Positions 60,441 to 64,000 of a stretch of DNA of 64,000 nt are shown here, one piece after another. How positions within the stretch are numbered: the first letter of the stretch is position 1; every line of letters begins with the position of its first letter. Source of the stretch: an uncultured Gemmatimonadaceae bacterium. GTDB lineage: Bacteria; Gemmatimonadota; Gemmatimonadetes; Longimicrobiales; Gaopeijiaceae. A model generated the notes under the pieces. The model did not search any database and was not told the origin of the DNA. It saw only the letters and a list, made by a program, of their open reading frames with translations. The position numbers were made by a program, and so were the translations under genes. Location: positions 50,504 through 114,503 of the forward strand of contig CAYPMO010000004.1 in NCBI GenBank assembly GCA_964412015.1. Reading direction: 5' to 3'.

Positions 60441-61456
60441 GCGAGGGGCTCCCCGAGGCCCTTCTCCCACATCGTCTCGAGGAACCGGTCCCGCTCGAAG
60501 TGCGGCACGTTGTTCAGGCACGCGAGCCGAGCGTCGGAGGCCAGGACCGCGCGCCACTTCCGCTCGCAGCGCCCCGGACGCCGGCAGTGCAGGAAGTCGT
60601 AGATCCCGATGTCGGGGTCGGGCGCGAGGGGGTTCCAGAGCCGGACCCGATCCTCCGGGTGCCACCGCTTCTCCATCGTGTAGGCCAGCGTGCTGTACGA
60701 CACCTGTGCGCGCGATCGGAATCGCAGCTCCCGATTACGGTGGAGCACGTCGGCGAACTCGTCCTCCAGCCGGTCGGCCGTGGTCCTTCGGTACACCTGG
60801 GTCGCGTGCCGTGGGACGAGGATCTCGCGGCGGGGCACGCCCGCCCGGCGGCGGAGGGCGCGGAACGCGTTCGAGACGCCCATCGTGTACGGGTTCGCGC
60901 CGGGGACGAACGCCGGCATGACGCCCGACGCGGTCCGGAGAAGATCGCGCACGCTCGCCCGGTAGGCCTTGAGCGAGAGCGTGACCGCCCCACCCTGTTC
61001 CACCTGCAGGAACGTCGGCGGCGGGACCGTCGCAAAGTGCATGTAGTCGTCGTTGTCGTAGAGCCACACGTCGGACAGGCCCGGAATGCGGTGCAGGCAC
61101 GACTCGATGACCGTGCTGGCGAAGACGGGGCGATATCGCTCGGGCACGATCTCGGCGTGATCGACCACCCGCACGCGCCCGCTCGCGATCAGCTCCGGGT
61201 CCACCGGCGGCCGCTGCGCGTCGGTGACCACGTGGATGGTCCGGATCCAGGGGAGATGGCGGAGCACGCTGCGGACACTGAACGTGATCTCGCCCACGTC
61301 CCGATACCACCGCTCCCGCTCCGGCGGCGCCCCCGTCACGTCCCCGCCGTTTTCGGGGTGTGCGGTCACCCGGAACGCCTGGCGTTTGGCCCGGTGCGCG
61401 GGGTCCGCCCCGTCCACCCAGGTGAACACCATGTCCACGGGGATCGGCGCGCTCAC
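60437..61456 (-). CDS. Stealth-family sugar-1-phosphate transferase (capsule phosphotransferase / GlcNAc-1-P-transferase-like)
   Basis: All four Stealth conserved regions are visible. CR1: VDMVFTWVDGADP. CR2: EITFSVRSVLRHLPWIRTIHVVTDAQRPP. CR3: FASTVIESCLHRIPGLSDVWLYDNDDYMHF. CR4 region: LVPRHATQVY. Confidence 0.85.
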   Translation of the reverse strand: MSAPIPVDMVFTWVDGADPAHRAKRQAFRVTAHPENGGDVTGAPPERERWYRDVGEITFSVRSVLRHLPWIRTIHVVTDAQRPPVDPELIASGRVRVVDHAEIVPERYRPVFASTVIESCLHRIPGLSDVWLYDNDDYMHFATVPPPTFLQVEQGGAVTLSLKAYRASVRDLLRTASGVMPAFVPGANPYTMGVSNAFRALRRRAGVPRREILVPRHATQVYRRTTADRLEDEFADVLHRNRELRFRSRAQVSYSTLAYTMEKRWHPEDRVRLWNPLAPDPDIGIYDFLHCRRPGRCERKWRAVLASDARLACLNNVPHFERDRFLETMWEKGLGEPLA

Positions 61457-62823
61457 GACGTCACGTCGTCCAGGATGGCCGCGATCGCGCGTCCTTGCTC
61501 GCGCGCCGAGTACGCCTCGACGGCCCCGGGGTCGAGATCGAACGATTCGCCGCGACGGTACCTCCCGTAGAGCTCTCCCAGACGCGCGGCCGCGACTTCC
61601 CGATCCTCGTACGGGGCGCTCAGGCCCGAGCCCGTCTCCGCGAGGATGCGGTCCACCTCCGTGTTCGCGGACAGCGCCAGGATCGGACGGCGCGCCGCGA
61701 GATAGTCGTAGAACTTCCCGGGAATCTGGATCTCGCAGGCCGGCGGGACGATCAGGCAGAGCACGTGCGCGCCGCGCAGCGCGCCGAGGCCCTCGCGATA
61801 CGGTACGTACCCGACGTAGTCCACCCGGTCCTCCAGGCCCAACTCGGTGATCGGCGCCTTGTCCGCCGGACGAAGACCTCCCGCGAACGAAATCCGGGCC
61901 CCCGATGGGGTCAGTCCCTCGCGGTCCACGAACCGCCGGAAGGCGCGCAGCAGCACGTGGGGACGGACGAATCGTTGGAAGCGCCCGAAGTAGAGGAGCC
62001 TGAACTCACGTGGGAGGGTCGCCTCCGAAGGCAGGAACAGCCCCCGATCGAATGCGTTGCGCACGAAGGTGAACCGCGATTCCGGGATGCGGCCCCGGTA
62101 CGCCGCCCGGTACGCCTCGCATGCGTTCTCGTTGTTGAGCACGATCCGGGAGGCCCTCCTGAACACGGTGTGCTCCAGCCATCGGACCGCCGCACGCGTC
62201 GGAGGGGGCCGGAGCGCCATCTTCTCCGCCGCGAGGGACCATGGATCGCGGAGGTCGAGGACGAGCGGCAAGCCCGTGATCCGCCGAACGAGCCATCCGG
62301 TCAGGAATCCCGACCATGGATCGGCGCTCACGTGGATCGCGCGCAGGCCATGGCGTCGCACGAGCGCGACGCCCTCCCGGACCGCGGCCGGCAGGTCGTA
62401 GACGTACTGGTCCAGCGGCGTGAGGAAGCCCACGTCCTGCCCGAAGATGCGGCGCTCCCGCAGGCGGGTGGCCTTGCCGCGTGGCACCTCCTCGAATGGC
62501 ATGGGCTGGAATCGGAGGGCCCGGTGCATGAACGAGCGGAGGGTCCCGGCGTAACCCCGCGAGACGATCGTGCCGGACGGAAGCGCCTCCATCAACTGCG
62601 GGTCCACGTGGCCGTCTCGAGGCGGTGCGGCGAGCACCACGGGCTCCCATCCGAACGCCGGCAGGTTCCGACACAGGTGGAGCGCCCGTTTGGCGCCGAT
62701 GCGGGACATCGGCGGGAAATAGGGCGAGATCAGCAGGCAGCGGGCCGCGGCAGGTCGCCGGGAGGCAGGGTCACTCCGCGTAACGAGCCCGTTCTCCAGC
62801 GACCCGCCGAGCCCTTCCTTCAT
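61453..62823 (-). CDS. GT-B glycosyltransferase, GT4-like (Glyco_trans_1_4 type)
   Basis: 456 aa with ATGA overlap to the Stealth gene. N-terminal LLISPYFPPMSRIGAKRALHLCRNL. C-terminal IPGKFYDYLAARRPILAL nucleotide-sugar-binding segment. Confidence 0.8.
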   Translation of the reverse strand: MKEGLGGSLENGLVTRSDPASRRPAAARCLLISPYFPPMSRIGAKRALHLCRNLPAFGWEPVVLAAPPRDGHVDPQLMEALPSGTIVSRGYAGTLRSFMHRALRFQPMPFEEVPRGKATRLRERRIFGQDVGFLTPLDQYVYDLPAAVREGVALVRRHGLRAIHVSADPWSGFLTGWLVRRITGLPLVLDLRDPWSLAAEKMALRPPPTRAAVRWLEHTVFRRASRIVLNNENACEAYRAAYRGRIPESRFTFVRNAFDRGLFLPSEATLPREFRLLYFGRFQRFVRPHVLLRAFRRFVDREGLTPSGARISFAGGLRPADKAPITELGLEDRVDYVGYVPYREGLGALRGAHVLCLIVPPACEIQIPGKFYDYLAARRPILALSANTEVDRILAETGSGLSAPYEDREVAAARLGELYGRYRRGESFDLDPGAVEAYSAREQGRAIAAILDDVTS

Positions 62824-63488
62824 GGCGTGCGTCGGTGGGGAGGCTCGAGCACCGCGAGCGAACGCGCCGTGCGGATGGCGTCCGCGAGGAAGGAGAGCAG
62901 CAGGAGGATCGTGACCACGAGCGTCACGACCTCGAAGGCACGCAAGTCCAGGGGCCCCAGGTGGAGCGTGGGATTCGGCGTCACAAGGCAGACCACGCAG
63001 CCCAGGATGAGGACGGCGCGAACCTCGGTGGGCCCGAACCTACCGTACGAGATCCTGAACACCCCCGTGACCTGGCTGGTCACGTACGTCAGGACGGACA
63101 GCATGAGGTAGCTCACGAGGGCTCCCAGCGCGTACGGCATCCCCACGTACGCCGACAGACCCAGCCCCAGGCAGACCAGCGACGTGACGATCGCGTCCGT
63201 GACATGATCCACGAAGTAGCCGTACTTCGGACGCTCGATCTCGCGGTACCGTGCCAGGTTGCCGTCCAGGGAGTCTCCGAGCCAGTTGACCACCAACCCC
63301 GCGGACGCGAGCCACAGGAAGCCTTCGTGCACCCTGGTGAGCCAGAATCCGGCCAAGGTCAGGACGCCACCGGCGACCCCGAGGGCCGTGAGGTGGTCGG
63401 GCGTGACCCACCTCGGCATCCGGCGGCACATCCACGCCAGAGCCGGCCGCTCGATGGGCCCGAGGAGGATGTCATTGACGCGGTCCAT
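62820..63488 (-). CDS. CDP-alcohol phosphatidyltransferase family protein
   Basis: 222-aa membrane protein with the signature D..DG..AR...G...D...D (GDSLDGNLARYREIERPKYGYFVDHVTDAI). It has a 4-nt overlap with the GT4 gene. Confidence 0.85.
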   Translation of the reverse strand: MDRVNDILLGPIERPALAWMCRRMPRWVTPDHLTALGVAGGVLTLAGFWLTRVHEGFLWLASAGLVVNWLGDSLDGNLARYREIERPKYGYFVDHVTDAIVTSLVCLGLGLSAYVGMPYALGALVSYLMLSVLTYVTSQVTGVFRISYGRFGPTEVRAVLILGCVVCLVTPNPTLHLGPLDLRAFEVVTLVVTILLLLSFLADAIRTARSLAVLEPPHRRTP

Positions 63489-63511
63489 GCGCGATCGGTC
63501 GGTCCCTCGGT

Positions 63512-63541
63512 CCCTCGATGGTCGGGGTCGAGCATCGAGGG
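63512..63541 (-). terminator. hairpin between pfk stop and the CDP-alcohol transferase start (terminator/attenuator candidate)
   Basis: CCCTCGATG-N12-CATCGAGGG forms a perfect 9-bp stem. No U-tract follows. Confidence 0.3.
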
Positions 63542-63552
63542 AGCGCGACCTG

Positions 63553-64000
63553 CTACCCCCCGCTCGTCATGATGAACAGCGGACGGTCGAGGAAGTCGTA
63601 CCTCGGGCGCATCCGTCCCGTATCGTAGTACAGGTCCACGTCCACGACCTTCTTCGTGCCCATGACCGACTCGATCGGCACGGCGCTGTAGACTCCGTTC
63701 TTCACGGCCACCAGTAGACCGCTCTTGCCCTCCAGGATGAGACCCAGGGCGACGTTGCCGAACGCCATGGGCACGATGGAGTCGAGCGCGTCCGGGTCCC
63801 CGGAGCGGACGAGGTACCCCAGGCGCTGGTTCACCACGTTCACATCCTTCCCGTTGTTGAACCTGGGCGAGTTCCGCTTGATGTAGTCGGAGACCATATC
63901 GCCGATGCCACCCAGCTTCTTGTGGCCGAACTGGTCGGTCTCCTCGCTCGCGTAGACACGGTCGGCCTGATCGGCCATCGTCGCGCCCTCGGAGACCAAC
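63553..64000 (-). CDS. 6-phosphofructokinase family protein, C-terminal part (5' end outside window)
   Basis: ORF is open at the window end. PFK C-terminal blocks are present: VSEGA, HKKLGGIG and RLGYLVRSGDPDALDSIVPMAFGNVA. ATP vs PPi dependence cannot be decided from this fragment. Confidence 0.75.
   Translation of the reverse strand, partial: LVSEGATMADQADRVYASEETDQFGHKKLGGIGDMVSDYIKRNSPRFNNGKDVNVVNQRLGYLVRSGDPDALDSIVPMAFGNVALGLILEGKSGLLVAVKNGVYSAVPIESVMGTKKVVDVDLYYDTGRMRPRYDFLDRPLFIMTSGG

Noticed and set aside
61495-63111. 538-aa ORF antisense to the GT4 and CDP-alcohol transferase genes
   Set aside because: It is low-complexity and has no motifs. The opposite-strand genes have family signatures and coupled 4-nt overlaps.

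Overview
This is a 64-kb, very G+C-rich (about 70 % by eye), gene-dense bacterial chromosomal segment. I support about 46 protein-coding genes. I found no rRNA, tRNA, CRISPR array, transposase, integrase or prophage gene. The PadR plus ADOP-type orphan permease pair, the Oar-like CarboxypepD_reg/TonB receptor, and many exported peptidases suggest Gemmatimonadota or Acidobacteriota; this lineage call is inference only.

Content:
- **Core metabolism:** H+-pyrophosphatase, monomeric isocitrate dehydrogenase, pdxH, a glgP/glgB/glgA glycogen cluster, and a partial phosphofructokinase.
- **Metal homeostasis:** a csoR-copZ-copA copper operon.
- **Exported peptide and amino-acid catabolism:** three large M14 carboxypeptidase paralogues, Xaa-Pro aminopeptidase, class A and S12 beta-lactamase-fold hydrolases, alpha/beta hydrolases, a Tat-exported amidase, a Tat-exported class V PLP enzyme, a hydroxyproline dehydratase and a tryptophanase.
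- **Other:** a VapBC toxin-antitoxin pair next to a compositionally foreign glcD-like gene, an HD-GYP response regulator, and a Bor-like lipoprotein.

I do not see an unmistakable novel system such as a defence island. The best candidates for undescribed biology are:
1. A four-gene, translationally coupled operon of CDP-alcohol phosphatidyltransferase, GT4, Stealth phosphotransferase and MOP flippase (58941-63488).
2. A GTGA-coupled pair of a cyclic-2,3-diphosphoglycerate-synthetase-like P-loop protein and a GT-B glycosyltransferase (45428-47862).
3. An alpha-oxoamine synthase overlapping an unassigned 220-aa ORF (11659-13709).
4. A Tat-amidase with a coupled 89-aa ORF (47989-50006).
5. An unusually long (590 nt) structured intergenic region (51230-51820).

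All family calls come from motif recognition by eye. No database search was run. Many long alternative-frame ORFs in the track are high-GC artefacts.
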